From an uncultured Anaerolineaceae bacterium (lineage in GTDB: Bacteria > Planctomycetota > Phycisphaerae > FEN-1346 > JAACEH01), in NCBI GenBank assembly GCA_964500225.1, contig CAZCOA010000009.1, positions 195-64,194 on the forward strand: 64,000 nucleotides of DNA, in the 5' to 3' direction. The notes under the pieces are model-generated. The model saw only the letters and a program-made list of their open reading frames with translations. It was not told the origin of the DNA and did not search any database. Both the position numbers and the translations under genes were made by a program. This document shows positions 48,293-57,729 of the stretch, piece after piece. How positions within the stretch are numbered: position 1 is the stretch's first letter; each line of letters starts with the position of its first letter.

Positions 48293-49699
48293 ATGAGCAC
48301 ACAGGTCAATGCCATGAGTCGAATCGTCGTGGGACTGTCTCTCGTGGTCTCCGTGGCGGTCTGCCCCGCCATGGGCGGCGACGTCGTGGGGTGGCGCACC
48401 AACTGGACCGGTAAGTATCCCGATGCCGATCCGCCGCTGGTATGGTCCGACACCCAGGGCGTCGTCTGGAAGACCCCGTTGCCAGGCCCGGGCAACAGTA
48501 CCCCCGTCCTTGTCGGCGACAAGATCATCGTTTGCAGCGAACCCTCCTCTGTCGTTTGCCTGAACCTGGCCGACGGAAAAATCCTTTGGGAGAAGGCCAA
48601 CCCGCTGATGGAGGCTTTCAGTCCCGAAGAACAGACCAAAGCCAAGGCCGACATGGATCGCATCGGCGTGCCTGCTGTGCGAGAGGCGGTCAAGACGCTG
48701 GAACGCGAACTCAACCAGGTTCGGCGCGACATGCGGCAGAATCGCGACGACGAGACCCTCAAGGCCAAAGATCGTGACATTCAGCAGAAGATCGCCGCCG
48801 AGAAGAAGAAGCTCGAGCCGGTAGCCCGGTACATGGATCCGCCGACACACGGCGTCAACGGCTACACGTCCGCGACGCCCGTCAGCGATGGCAAGCACGT
48901 CTGGATGGTTTTCGGTACCGGCGTCGTGGCCTGTTATGATCTGGACGGCCACCGCAAGTGGATTACATTCGTCGAGCAGCCGAAGGAACCCAACGGCTGG
49001 GGCTTCTGCGCCTCGCCAGTTCTGGCCGGCGACAAACTGCTGGTAATCATCGACTCGCTCGTTGCCCTCGAGGCGGCCACCGGCAAGCTCGTTTACCGTG
49101 TGCCGGCGAAGGCCCGCTGGGGCACGCCCACGCTCGCCACCGTCGGCGGCACGGAGATTCTCGTGACGGCCGGCGGCGAGTTTTTCCGCGTCAGCGACGG
49201 CAAGAAGTTGCTGGACCGCACCGTTGCCCTGGAGTACAACCAGCCCGTAATCGAGGCCGGCGTGGTTTACTTCATCCAGAACGGCGGCAAGGCCTACAAA
49301 CTGCCTGAGCAGCTCTCCGGCGATAGGCTCGACGCCTCGCCGCTGTGGACCACCGAACCCAAGAAGGACCGCTATTATGCCTCACCCGTGGTTCACGACG
49401 GACTCATCTACGATGTCACCCAGGCGAGCGTCTTCAGCGCTATCGACGCCGCCACGGGAAAAGTCGTGTACGAGCAGAACCTCAACCTTGGCCGGGAACA
49501 GGCCTATCCCAGCGTTGTCCTGGCCGGCACGTATCTGTTCGTCAGCGGCTCCAGCGGTCAGACGGCCGTCATTGTTCCCGGCCGCGAGTTCAAGGAGGTT
49601 GCCCGCAACAAGCTCGAACCGTTCCGCTCGACGCCGGTTTTTCAGGGTACGCGGATGTACGTGCGCGGGCTGAAGCACATGTACTGCATCGGGAAGTGA
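48293..49699 (+). CDS. Secreted PQQ-like/BamB-like beta-propeller repeat protein
   Basis: Signal peptide (IVVGLSLVVSVAVCPAMG). Repeated blade motifs (STPVLVGDKIIV, ADGKILW, ATGKLVY, ATGKVVY). Confidence 0.7.
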   Translation: MSTQVNAMSRIVVGLSLVVSVAVCPAMGGDVVGWRTNWTGKYPDADPPLVWSDTQGVVWKTPLPGPGNSTPVLVGDKIIVCSEPSSVVCLNLADGKILWEKANPLMEAFSPEEQTKAKADMDRIGVPAVREAVKTLERELNQVRRDMRQNRDDETLKAKDRDIQQKIAAEKKKLEPVARYMDPPTHGVNGYTSATPVSDGKHVWMVFGTGVVACYDLDGHRKWITFVEQPKEPNGWGFCASPVLAGDKLLVIIDSLVALEAATGKLVYRVPAKARWGTPTLATVGGTEILVTAGGEFFRVSDGKKLLDRTVALEYNQPVIEAGVVYFIQNGGKAYKLPEQLSGDRLDASPLWTTEPKKDRYYASPVVHDGLIYDVTQASVFSAIDAATGKVVYEQNLNLGREQAYPSVVLAGTYLFVSGSSGQTAVIVPGREFKEVARNKLEPFRSTPVFQGTRMYVRGLKHMYCIGK

Positions 49700-49707
49700 T
49701 TGTCGGC

Positions 49708-49872
49708 ATGGAAATGCTGATCGTCATCCTCGCCGTCGTCGCAGCCGCAGGCGCCATCGGCTATGCGATGTGGCGCCGACTGTCGGACCGCGGCGGCTGC
49801 TCTTGCGGCCGCGAGGCGCAGAGCCCCTGCCGCAGTTGCGCGAACCCGTGCGAGAAGGAGAAGCAACCATGA
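49708..49872 (+). CDS. Small Cys-rich membrane protein of the FeoB-associated / p12-like type (54 aa)
   Basis: MEMLIVILAVVAAAGAIGYAMW TM, followed by GGCSCG...CRSCANPC. Its stop overlaps the next start (ATGA). Confidence 0.55.
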   Translation: MEMLIVILAVVAAAGAIGYAMWRRLSDRGGCSCGREAQSPCRSCANPCEKEKQP

Positions 49873-50420
49873 CCATCCACGAAGTCAACGACCGCCGGGC
49901 CATGGGCTATCTGGCCACCAAGCCGACCATGATCGTTACGACGCTGCACGCCTCGGGCATTGTCAATGCGGGCGTCTTCGGGGCCTATACGAACCTCTCG
50001 GCCGAGCACGTCGGCATCGCGGTTCACAAGGAGAGCCACACCTACGCCAATATGCTCCGCACGCGGGAGTTTGTCGTCAACGTGCCGGGTGCCGATCTCG
50101 TCAAGACCATCGCCGTTCTGGCCGACGACATTCCGCCGGATCGCAGCGAACTGGATGAGGCCGGCCTGACCGCGCGGCCCGGACGCCAGGTGGCTGTGCC
50201 GTCGATCGCCGAATGCGTCGCCGCGGTGGAGTTCCGTTTCGAGCAGGAAGTGCCCGTTGCCGGCCACTCGTTCATGATCGGCCGCTGCGTCGGCGGCTGG
50301 ATTCGCAAGGACTGCCTCGACGACGACGGCAAGATCAACATCTTCGCCGCCCGCATCTTCAAGGATTTCAAGTACCCCAAGCCTCTCTACGTCCTGCCCG
50401 GCGAGGTCATCGAAGGGTAA
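49869..50420 (+). CDS. Flavin reductase-like (FMN-binding split-barrel) protein
   Basis: KPTMIVTTLHASGIVNAGVFGAYTNLS, EFVVNVPG, SELDEAGLT; typical flavoredoxin-like layout. Size is about 183 aa. Confidence 0.7.
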   Translation: MTIHEVNDRRAMGYLATKPTMIVTTLHASGIVNAGVFGAYTNLSAEHVGIAVHKESHTYANMLRTREFVVNVPGADLVKTIAVLADDIPPDRSELDEAGLTARPGRQVAVPSIAECVAAVEFRFEQEVPVAGHSFMIGRCVGGWIRKDCLDDDGKINIFAARIFKDFKYPKPLYVLPGEVIEG

Positions 50421-50479
50421 TAGCGGGCGCAAACCGCCCGGTGACGGACGCCGACGCGTCGATCTGGTTTCCGGTGGCA

Positions 50480-51622
50480 TCATCGTTTGAGCACCGCGCG
50501 GCGGATGCGATCCAGGGCCTCGCGGAGCAGGCTCCGCGGGCAACCGAAATTTAGCCGCACATAACCCGGCGCGCCGAATGCCTTGCCGTCCATCAGCCCG
50601 ACGCCGGCCTCCTCGAACAGTGCCGCCGGGTTGTCCGCACATAGCGACCGCGCGTCGATCCACGCCAGGTACGTCGCCTCCACGTGCGTCATGGCCAGCG
50701 GCGGCGTCTCGGCGATGGTCCGCTCGACCAGGTCGCGGTTGCCGCGCAAGTACTCCACCAGCGCCAGTCGCCACGACTCGGCGTCGCGCCATGCGGCCAA
50801 CGACGCTGCGTAGCCGAAGGGATTGCCGCCCGAGACCAGGCCGGCAAACCCGTCGAGAAACCGCCGCCGCAAGCCCTCGTCGGCGATCACCGCCACGGCG
50901 CACCGCAGTCCAGGCACATTGAATGTCTTGCTGGCCGACAGGAGCGTGATCGTTCGTGCCGCGGCATCGTCCGACAACGTGGCCGTCGGCACATGCCGCC
51001 GATCCGCGTCGAGCGTCAACTCGGCGTGCACTTCGTCGCTGCAAACGACCAGGTCGTACTTGCGACAGAGATCCATCAGGCTGCGAAGCTCTTCGGCCGT
51101 GTAGAGCCGCCCGACAGGGTTGTGCGGATTGCACAGCAGCACGCCCCGCGTCCGCGGCGTGACGGCTCGGGCCATGGCGTTCAGGTCCATGGCCCACCGC
51201 CCGTTGTGCAGCGTCAGGGGCACGTCCAGCCGCTGGCGGCCCGAGCGATTCGGCGCCGACAGAAACGGCGGATAGATCGGCGGCATGACCAGCACTTGGT
51301 CGCCCTCGCCGCCGGCCGCGCGGCACGCCAGATGGAGCCCCGTCCCTAGGTCCGGAAGCCACACCAAGTGCTCGACTTGGACGGTCCACCCGTAGCGGTC
51401 GCGCAGCCGCTTGAGCAGGCACGCGATCAGTTCGTCCGGCACATGAGTGTAGCCGAACACGCCGTGATTCACCACACGGTGAAGTGCAGCGAGAATCTCC
51501 GGCGCGCAGCGAAAATCCATATCCGCGACCCACATGGGGATGACGTCGCGGCCCTTGTATCGGTCCCACTTGACGCTGTTGCTGTGGCGACGATCTATGA
51601 CAGTGTCGAAGTCGTAACTCAT
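50480..51622 (-). CDS. PLP-dependent class I/II aminotransferase-fold C-S lyase (MalY/PatB-like)
   Basis: MSYDFDTVIDRRHSNSVKWD N-terminus. SASKTFNVPGLR contains the PLP Lys. ATG at 51622; the upstream part of the track ORF is Arg/Gly-rich junk. Confidence 0.85.
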   Translation of the reverse strand: MSYDFDTVIDRRHSNSVKWDRYKGRDVIPMWVADMDFRCAPEILAALHRVVNHGVFGYTHVPDELIACLLKRLRDRYGWTVQVEHLVWLPDLGTGLHLACRAAGGEGDQVLVMPPIYPPFLSAPNRSGRQRLDVPLTLHNGRWAMDLNAMARAVTPRTRGVLLCNPHNPVGRLYTAEELRSLMDLCRKYDLVVCSDEVHAELTLDADRRHVPTATLSDDAAARTITLLSASKTFNVPGLRCAVAVIADEGLRRRFLDGFAGLVSGGNPFGYAASLAAWRDAESWRLALVEYLRGNRDLVERTIAETPPLAMTHVEATYLAWIDARSLCADNPAALFEEAGVGLMDGKAFGAPGYVRLNFGCPRSLLREALDRIRRAVLKR

Positions 51623-51813
51623 GACAGGCTCCTGACGCATCGGCTTCCGCCGCAACGGCGGCGATCCGTGACGGGAGTCTAGCCCAGGGCAGGGCGGTTG
51701 TCCACTGAGCAGTCGGCGGCGGCCTCCGATTCGGTTGCCCCGGCGCGCCGGTCCTGATAGGATGGCGTGTGAAACGCACGCGATGCCGCGGCGACGTGCT
51801 GCAAGGACCGACC

Positions 51814-52380
51814 ATGAGCGACGACACCTCCCATGGCATGGAGCAGACGCTCCGCCGCGAACTCCGCACCAGCGACATTCGTCTGCGCGCCGCCGGGGTC
51901 GCGCCCGCCCGACTCCGCACCGTGCGGCGAACGCTGCGAGCCACAAACCGCCTCGAAACCATGGCCGTCCAGGTCTATCGCGCCCAGTGGTCGCCCGCGC
52001 CGACCGAACTGAACCGGCAACTCATCGCCGCCATGGACAACGAGCTGACGCACCAGGCCGACAGTCTATCGCGGCTGATGGAGTACGGCGGCCGGCCGAT
52101 GCTGATGAGGGGGCCGTTCTACGTCGTCGGCTGGGTGCTCGGGCGGGTCTCGCGATGGCTCGGGCTGGGGGCGATGTTGCGGCTCGGAGCGTGGGTCGAG
52201 GCCAAGGCCGTCGACCATTACGCGCACCTGACGGCGGCCGTGGACTGGGATCCCGCTACGTACAATCTGCTCGTGGGGATGTGGAACGACGAGAAATGCC
52301 ACCTTCGCCGCTGGACGTATCTGCTGGAGCACCCGGAGGAAGCCCTGGCACCGCCCCGCGAGTCGCCGGCGTCACAATAG
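51814..52380 (+). CDS. Ferritin-like di-iron protein (COQ7/demethoxyubiquinone-hydroxylase-like fold)
   Basis: Spaced carboxylate/His ligand pattern E(TMAVQVY)...ELTHQ...EAKAVDHY...DEKCH. The start is tentative. Confidence 0.5.
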   Translation: MSDDTSHGMEQTLRRELRTSDIRLRAAGVAPARLRTVRRTLRATNRLETMAVQVYRAQWSPAPTELNRQLIAAMDNELTHQADSLSRLMEYGGRPMLMRGPFYVVGWVLGRVSRWLGLGAMLRLGAWVEAKAVDHYAHLTAAVDWDPATYNLLVGMWNDEKCHLRRWTYLLEHPEEALAPPRESPASQ

Positions 52381-52466
52381 CGTGGACTGGCCGGGGAAAA
52401 TCATGGCCACGCAAAGCGTGGCCATGCCACCAGTCACAGCGCCATCGTGGGCTGTCAACGCCCGGC

Positions 52467-53324
52467 TCACTTGATCCGCCGTTCGATAGTCTTCAGATAC
52501 TTGAGGTCCTCGGGCAGTTTCTCGTCGGTTTTCTGGGCGGTGTTGAAGTCCTCGAAGCTGAGCCACCCATCGTAACCGACGGCCTTCAGCGAGCGCAGCA
52601 GGTCCTCGAAGTCCACGCAACCGTTCTTCATCGCGGCGAAGGTGGGTTTCCACACCACCGCCCCGTCGCGCGTTGCGCCGGTGACCTCCCACCGCGAGTT
52701 CTTCACGTGCACATGGGCCAAGTACCCCCCGAGCATCTCCAGCCCCATCTGGTACTGCTCGTACCCTTCGTACACCATGTTGCCCGGATCGTAGATGATG
52801 CCGACCTCCCTGGGCGAGAAGTTGCTGCAGAACTGGGCGGCCGCGGCGGCGCTGGCCGTGATGATCCCCATGTGAATCTCGATGACCGGCTTGACCTCGA
52901 ACCGCCGGGCGTAGGCCACGACCTTGGCGTAGTCCTTGACGGCCTTGGCGTAGAGCTTCTTCCAGCCGACGGACTTGTCGTACCGCGGCACGCCGATCCG
53001 CACCAGCGGCGCGCCCAGCGCCGCCGCGGCCTCGATGGCCGGTTTGTACTTGTCGGGTTCCCAGCAACCGGCATACGCCGCCAGCGACGGCATTTTCAGT
53101 CCGGCCGCGCGGCACAGCCGGCGAATCTCCGGCACTTCCTGCTCCCATGTCCGCGGGTCGATTGTCGCCAGGTTGGCGCCCCAGAACCCCGCGCGCGGCG
53201 TCCCTTGCTCCGGGCGGTTGTAGAACCGCCATTCCACCCCGTCGTAGCCCCATTTCCTCAGCCGCTGAACCACTTCCTGCGGCGTATATTCCGGCATGCA
53301 GACAGTGAAGATCGAGTACTTCAC
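52467..53324 (-). CDS. Xylose-isomerase-like TIM-barrel protein (sugar phosphate isomerase/epimerase family)
   Basis: GTG start follows AAGGAG (reverse strand). KYSIFTVCMP...WGYDGVEWR, HVHVKN, GYDGWLSFEDF. Confidence 0.8.
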   Translation of the reverse strand: MKYSIFTVCMPEYTPQEVVQRLRKWGYDGVEWRFYNRPEQGTPRAGFWGANLATIDPRTWEQEVPEIRRLCRAAGLKMPSLAAYAGCWEPDKYKPAIEAAAALGAPLVRIGVPRYDKSVGWKKLYAKAVKDYAKVVAYARRFEVKPVIEIHMGIITASAAAAAQFCSNFSPREVGIIYDPGNMVYEGYEQYQMGLEMLGGYLAHVHVKNSRWEVTGATRDGAVVWKPTFAAMKNGCVDFEDLLRSLKAVGYDGWLSFEDFNTAQKTDEKLPEDLKYLKTIERRIK

Positions 53325-53504
53325 GGCGTTCTCCTTTTGGATCCGGCCGCCACGGACAATCCGTGCGGCGCCCCTTGTCCAACGTCTCGGCGGGCCCCCG
53401 ACGGCGGCCGACCGGGTGCATTGGATTTTAGTTGCATGTTTTCCCAGGGTCAATCAAACTGTTCTGCGGTCGTTGTCCGGCGACCGCACTATCACTCGGA
53501 CTTC

Positions 53505-54197
53505 GTGCGGTACACCTTCGGGAGGTTATTCCGTTTCTATCGAATCTGGCTTCTGGGGGGGGGCCGCGCGGCGGGGGCGGGACTGGCCGGCTGCACGTCG
53601 GACCCGTTTGCACGACTGGCCATCGGTCATACTCAGCGACACGCCGTTGCCCAGGTACTAGGTCCCCAGGCGGTCGAGACGCCCGACGGCTACACCCTCG
53701 AAACCCAAGCCTCCTGGCCCACGGTCATCAGGGTCATCCACGCCTCCGTGCCGCAAGGCGGGACCGTCCAATCGAAGACGGCCCTGACTGCCAGCGTCGT
53801 TCACATGATCGCCGTCCAGACGCTCAACATCGAGATGGTTTACGAGGGGCCGTTGCCCGACGATCTGGCCGACGCCCTGCGTGTGCGCGAAGCCGAACAG
53901 GACAACGAGCTGGTCGCTCGACTGATCGATTTCGCCCGCGACCGGATGCGCCTGGGCATGACCGAGAAATGGAAGGACGCCGACCTGCTCCGCAACGATC
54001 CGTACCGAAGCCGGTTTGTCGGCGTCATCAACTTTGCGTGGAACGATCTTCGGGGCCGGGGCGCCTTGCGCACCGCGGATCTGACCGTGGACGTGCGCGG
54101 GGCGTCGAGCACCTTCAGCCTTCGTCCGCTCGAGGGCGGCGTCTGCCGCATCGAGGCCAGGAGCACTGTCGCGCTTGGCCCTCTGCCGGTTCTCTAG
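53505..54197 (+). CDS. Hypothetical lipoprotein
   Basis: Only the 3' part of track ORF 51735..54197 looks coding. It has a signal sequence with a canonical lipobox LAGC. The start could be ATG 53436 or GTG 53505. Confidence 0.5.
   Translation: MRYTFGRLFRFYRIWLLGGGRAAGAGLAGCTSDPFARLAIGHTQRHAVAQVLGPQAVETPDGYTLETQASWPTVIRVIHASVPQGGTVQSKTALTASVVHMIAVQTLNIEMVYEGPLPDDLADALRVREAEQDNELVARLIDFARDRMRLGMTEKWKDADLLRNDPYRSRFVGVINFAWNDLRGRGALRTADLTVDVRGASSTFSLRPLEGGVCRIEARSTVALGPLPVL
53555..53563 (+). repeat. G9 homopolymer inside the signal-peptide codons of the putative lipoprotein
   Basis: Direct read: ctt ctg ggg ggg ggc cgc. Confidence 0.95.
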
Positions 54198-54240
54198 CCG
54201 CCTGACGCCGGGACGACCGTCGGCTCACGCCGATCCGCCA

Positions 54241-54573
54241 TCACGGGTTCTGCTTCTGCGGCGTCAGGTCCACCAGGTCCACGAATTCCAGGGCCACGGC
54301 CGCCCAGTCGCCCATCTGTTCGACGCGGCGAACGCTGGCGGTTCGCTGAACCGTGCGGCTCCTGGGGGCATCCGGCATCTGGAGCTCGATCTGGACCTGG
54401 ACCTGCGTGCCGAGTTTCAGTTCTCTGGCCAGCGGACCGAGAATCTTCACGCCGCCGGCGCTGATGTCGGCCGTCTTGCCCTTGACCAGCAGACGCCGCC
54501 GTTTGTCGGTTATCTTCGCCGGACAAGACAGCGGCACACGCTCGTAACGTCGTTTCTCGCGGTAGTCCTGCAT
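54241..54573 (-). CDS. PilZ domain protein (c-di-GMP receptor candidate)
   Basis: RxxxR (KRRYERV) and D-x-S-x-x-G (DISAGG) motifs at the expected spacing. 110 aa. Confidence 0.8.
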   Translation of the reverse strand: MQDYREKRRYERVPLSCPAKITDKRRRLLVKGKTADISAGGVKILGPLARELKLGTQVQVQIELQMPDAPRSRTVQRTASVRRVEQMGDWAAVALEFVDLVDLTPQKQNP

Positions 54574-54686
54574 GGCCTCTCCAGACTCCCCGGACAGCGG
54601 CCCACAGGAGCATTATCGCCCACGGATGCGCATGTCCTTGAACGAAATCGGCTTGGCCGGGGCTGCCGCCGGGACGGGCCAGGACT

Positions 54687-56423
54687 CTATGGGGCCGCCG
54701 CCTCGGGCTCGGGCGCCTCGCCCCATCGGCGCACGAGCGACACGGCCACCTCGATCACCATCCAGACGGCCAGCACCAGGACCACCGCATTGAGCGACGC
54801 CAGGAGCCAGTCCGATTGGTGCACAAACGTCAGCTCGTTCAGCACCATCGCCCAGACGGTCATCACGAGCATGAACAGGCACGGCAGACCGGATACGAGG
54901 AACTTCATGCCGCCTTTTCTGCGCAGATACACCGTTACGACCAGCAGGGCCAGGGCCGCCAGGAGCTGGTTGAGCGAGCCGAACAGCGGCCACAGCTTCT
55001 TGGCGCCCGCGCCGCCGGCGCCGTTGGCAAACGCCAGCACGCCGGCCGTCGCCACGGCGATGCCCGTGGCCACCCAGCGATTGGCCAGCACGGGCGCCCG
55101 GGCCCGACCGGCCAGCTCGCCAATGACGTACCTCTGAAGTCGCGTGGCCGTGTCGAGCGTCGTGCCGGCAAAGCTCGCCACAAAGACGCCCATGACGATC
55201 AAGGCAAAGTGGTGCGGGATGCCGAGGTGCTGGATCATGTTCGCCGAGCCTTCCACGAAGGCTGCCAACTGAATATCCAGGGGGCTGTCGCCCGTCCACT
55301 GGCCGTAGTAGTGGAGCCATGCGGCCCGGCCCGTCACAATGGTGTCGCCCGACGGGGCCGCCAGGCCGACGCCCGCCGACACCGCGATGATGACCAGCAC
55401 CGCCAGGGCCCCCTCCATGAGCAACGACCCGTAGCCCGCCGGCTGGGCGTCCAGCTCGCTGCGAAGCTGCTTGCTCGATGTGCCGGAAGCCACCAGGCTG
55501 TGGAACCCGGAGATTGCGCCGCAGGCGATAATCACGAACAGCAGCGGCCAGATCGGCGGCGCACCGGTCGGGTGCGGCTGAAAGGCCGGCGCCGCTATCG
55601 TCAGGTCGGCCGTCAGTCCCGATACCACCACTGCCACGATCATCAGCGCCATGGCCACGAACAGCTGCCAGGCGTTGATGTAGTCGCGCGGTTGCAGGAG
55701 CATCGTCACCGGCAGTGTTGAGGCCACGTAGGCGTAGATCAGCAGAATGACGGTCCAGACTCCCGTGGCCGGTACGCCCGCAATGGCCGGCATCTGCATC
55801 GGCAGGTAGTGCCCCATGCCCACGGTCACGTACATCAGCGTCACGGCTGCAATGCTCACGGCGGCAACGTTCCAGTGGCGTTTGGCGATGGCCCAGCCGG
55901 TGGCCATGGCGATGGGAATCTCGCACCAGATCGGGAACACCGAGGCCGGGTATATCTTGAACAGCAAGGCGATGACCAGTCCGAAAATCGCGATGACGAT
56001 GAGCAGTTCGAGGAAGACCACGCCGAACAGCAGCACCTGAACGCGCGGATGGATATACCGGGCAGCCACCTCGGCGACGCTCTTGCCCTCGTTGCGGAGT
56101 GAGACGACCATGGCCCCGAAGTCGTGGACGGCGCCCATGAAGATGCTGCCGAAGAAAACCCACAGCACCGCGGGCAGCCAGCCCCAGATGATCGCGATGG
56201 CCGGTCCGACGATGGGGCCTGTGCCGGCAATCGAGGTGAAGTGGTGGCCGAAGACGACGATCGGCTTGGTCGGCACGTAGTCGATGTCGTCGCGAAGCTG
56301 CTCGCTCGGCACGGGGCACGCCCGGCGCAGCTTGAAAATCCGTCGTGCCAGGAACCGTCCGTAGGTGTAGTACGCTACCAGGTAGCCCGCGAACAGGGCC
56401 GCCATCAGCAAGATCGCCTGCAT
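54687..56423 (-). CDS. cstA: Carbon starvation protein A (CstA peptide/pyruvate transporter family)
   Basis: FGHHFTSIAGTGPIVGPAIA signature, about 16 TM, 578 aa. Confidence 0.9.
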   Translation of the reverse strand: MQAILLMAALFAGYLVAYYTYGRFLARRIFKLRRACPVPSEQLRDDIDYVPTKPIVVFGHHFTSIAGTGPIVGPAIAIIWGWLPAVLWVFFGSIFMGAVHDFGAMVVSLRNEGKSVAEVAARYIHPRVQVLLFGVVFLELLIVIAIFGLVIALLFKIYPASVFPIWCEIPIAMATGWAIAKRHWNVAAVSIAAVTLMYVTVGMGHYLPMQMPAIAGVPATGVWTVILLIYAYVASTLPVTMLLQPRDYINAWQLFVAMALMIVAVVVSGLTADLTIAAPAFQPHPTGAPPIWPLLFVIIACGAISGFHSLVASGTSSKQLRSELDAQPAGYGSLLMEGALAVLVIIAVSAGVGLAAPSGDTIVTGRAAWLHYYGQWTGDSPLDIQLAAFVEGSANMIQHLGIPHHFALIVMGVFVASFAGTTLDTATRLQRYVIGELAGRARAPVLANRWVATGIAVATAGVLAFANGAGGAGAKKLWPLFGSLNQLLAALALLVVTVYLRRKGGMKFLVSGLPCLFMLVMTVWAMVLNELTFVHQSDWLLASLNAVVLVLAVWMVIEVAVSLVRRWGEAPEPEAAAP

Positions 56424-56448
56424 TCAGCCGTCTCCTCGACTCTCCGCG

Positions 56449-57411
56449 TCAGGCCCACCACATCTTGCCGAGCTTCTCTTTCAGCAGGATGCCCTGGAGA
56501 AACTCGACAGCCTTGGCGAACCCCTCGCCGGCGCTCATCAGGCTGTCCTCGTGTTCGATGGAGATCACACCGTCGTAGCCGACCATCCGCAGCGTGCTGA
56601 CGAAGTCGCGCCAGAAGATCGCATCGTGGCCGTATCCCACCGTGCGGAACACCCACGAACGGGCAAGCTCGTCGCCGTAGGGCTTCGTGTCCAGCGTGCC
56701 GTTCAGCGCCGTGTTGATCGGGTCGATCCGCGTGTCCTTGGCGTGGACGTGGTAAATGGCCTTGCCGATGGCTCGGATCGCGGCCAAAGGATCCATCCCC
56801 TGCCAGAACAGATGGCTCGGATCGAAATTCGCCCCGACGTTGTTGCCGCACTCCTTGCGCACGCGCAGCAGCGTTTCGGTGTTGTAAACGCTCATGCCCG
56901 GATGCATCTCGAACGCGATGCGCACGCCATGATCGGCGGCGAACTTCGCCTCTCGCGTCCAGTACGGGAGAATCTTCTTTTCCCACTGCCACCGCAGCAT
57001 CTCGGTGAAGTCCGGCGGCCACGGGCAGACGATCCAGTTGGGGCCCTTGTCGCGGTCGCTGCCGCCCGGGCAACCGCTGAAGCACGTGATCGTGTCGACG
57101 CCGATCATCTCCGCCAGCCGCACGGCGTTGCGCCACGCGTCGTGGTGTTTCCGCGCGAATGCGGCGCTGGGATGCAGCGGATTGCCGTGGCAGGCCAATG
57201 CGCTGATCTGCAGACCCCGGTCGCGAATCCGCGACGCCCACTGTTGCGCCTTGGCCTTGCTCCTGACGAGTTCCTGCACCGGGCAATGGCTCTGGCCCGG
57301 ATAGTTGCCCGCGCCGATCTCCACGGCGTCCAGCTTCATCGCCTCAACGCGGTCCAGGGCATCGTCCAGGTCCACGCCCGAGAATAGCGCCATCATCACG
57401 CCCAGTTTCAT
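56449..57411 (-). CDS. Xylose-isomerase-like TIM-barrel protein (second paralog)
   Basis: ATG at 57411 follows AAGGAG (reverse strand). MKLGVMMALF...LDAVEIGAGNYPG, HVHAKD, GYDGVISIEHED. Confidence 0.8.
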   Translation of the reverse strand: MKLGVMMALFSGVDLDDALDRVEAMKLDAVEIGAGNYPGQSHCPVQELVRSKAKAQQWASRIRDRGLQISALACHGNPLHPSAAFARKHHDAWRNAVRLAEMIGVDTITCFSGCPGGSDRDKGPNWIVCPWPPDFTEMLRWQWEKKILPYWTREAKFAADHGVRIAFEMHPGMSVYNTETLLRVRKECGNNVGANFDPSHLFWQGMDPLAAIRAIGKAIYHVHAKDTRIDPINTALNGTLDTKPYGDELARSWVFRTVGYGHDAIFWRDFVSTLRMVGYDGVISIEHEDSLMSAGEGFAKAVEFLQGILLKEKLGKMWWA

Positions 57412-57729
57412 CGCTTCTCTCCTTTCGGCCGGTGGAACGCACACGATTCCGTCACCCGCCGCGCGGCACGTGTGGCAGCGGATGCACTTGGAGCGACACG
57501 CGTGAGGTCGCCATCGCAGTCGGTCAGCGGGGTGTTTCCGGAAGGCGATGATAGGCCCGCCTACGAGCCCTTTCAAGCAAAAATGCACCCGCCCGTAGCG
57601 AGGGGGGGCGCATCGTGTTTGTGGGCAAGGAAGGCTCACTGCTTCGGGCAAGGGGGCCTGTAAGCGACGCCGCCGGCGGCATCAACGTGAGGGGGTGCGC
57701 GCCCTTGGGCACGCCTCCTGTCTTTGCCG

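Noticed and set aside
50427-50443. CGGGCG-caaac-CGCCCG hairpin between the convergent flavin-reductase and MalY-like genes.
   Set aside because: The stem is only 6 bp and there is no flanking T/A tract on either strand. It is too weak to call a bidirectional terminator.
51735-53435. The 5' two-thirds of the 820-aa forward ORF 51735..54197.
   Set aside because: It overlaps the ferritin-like gene in another frame and runs antisense to the TIM-barrel gene 52467..53324. The translation is Arg/Gly/Pro junk. Only the last ~230 codons (the lipoprotein) look genuine.
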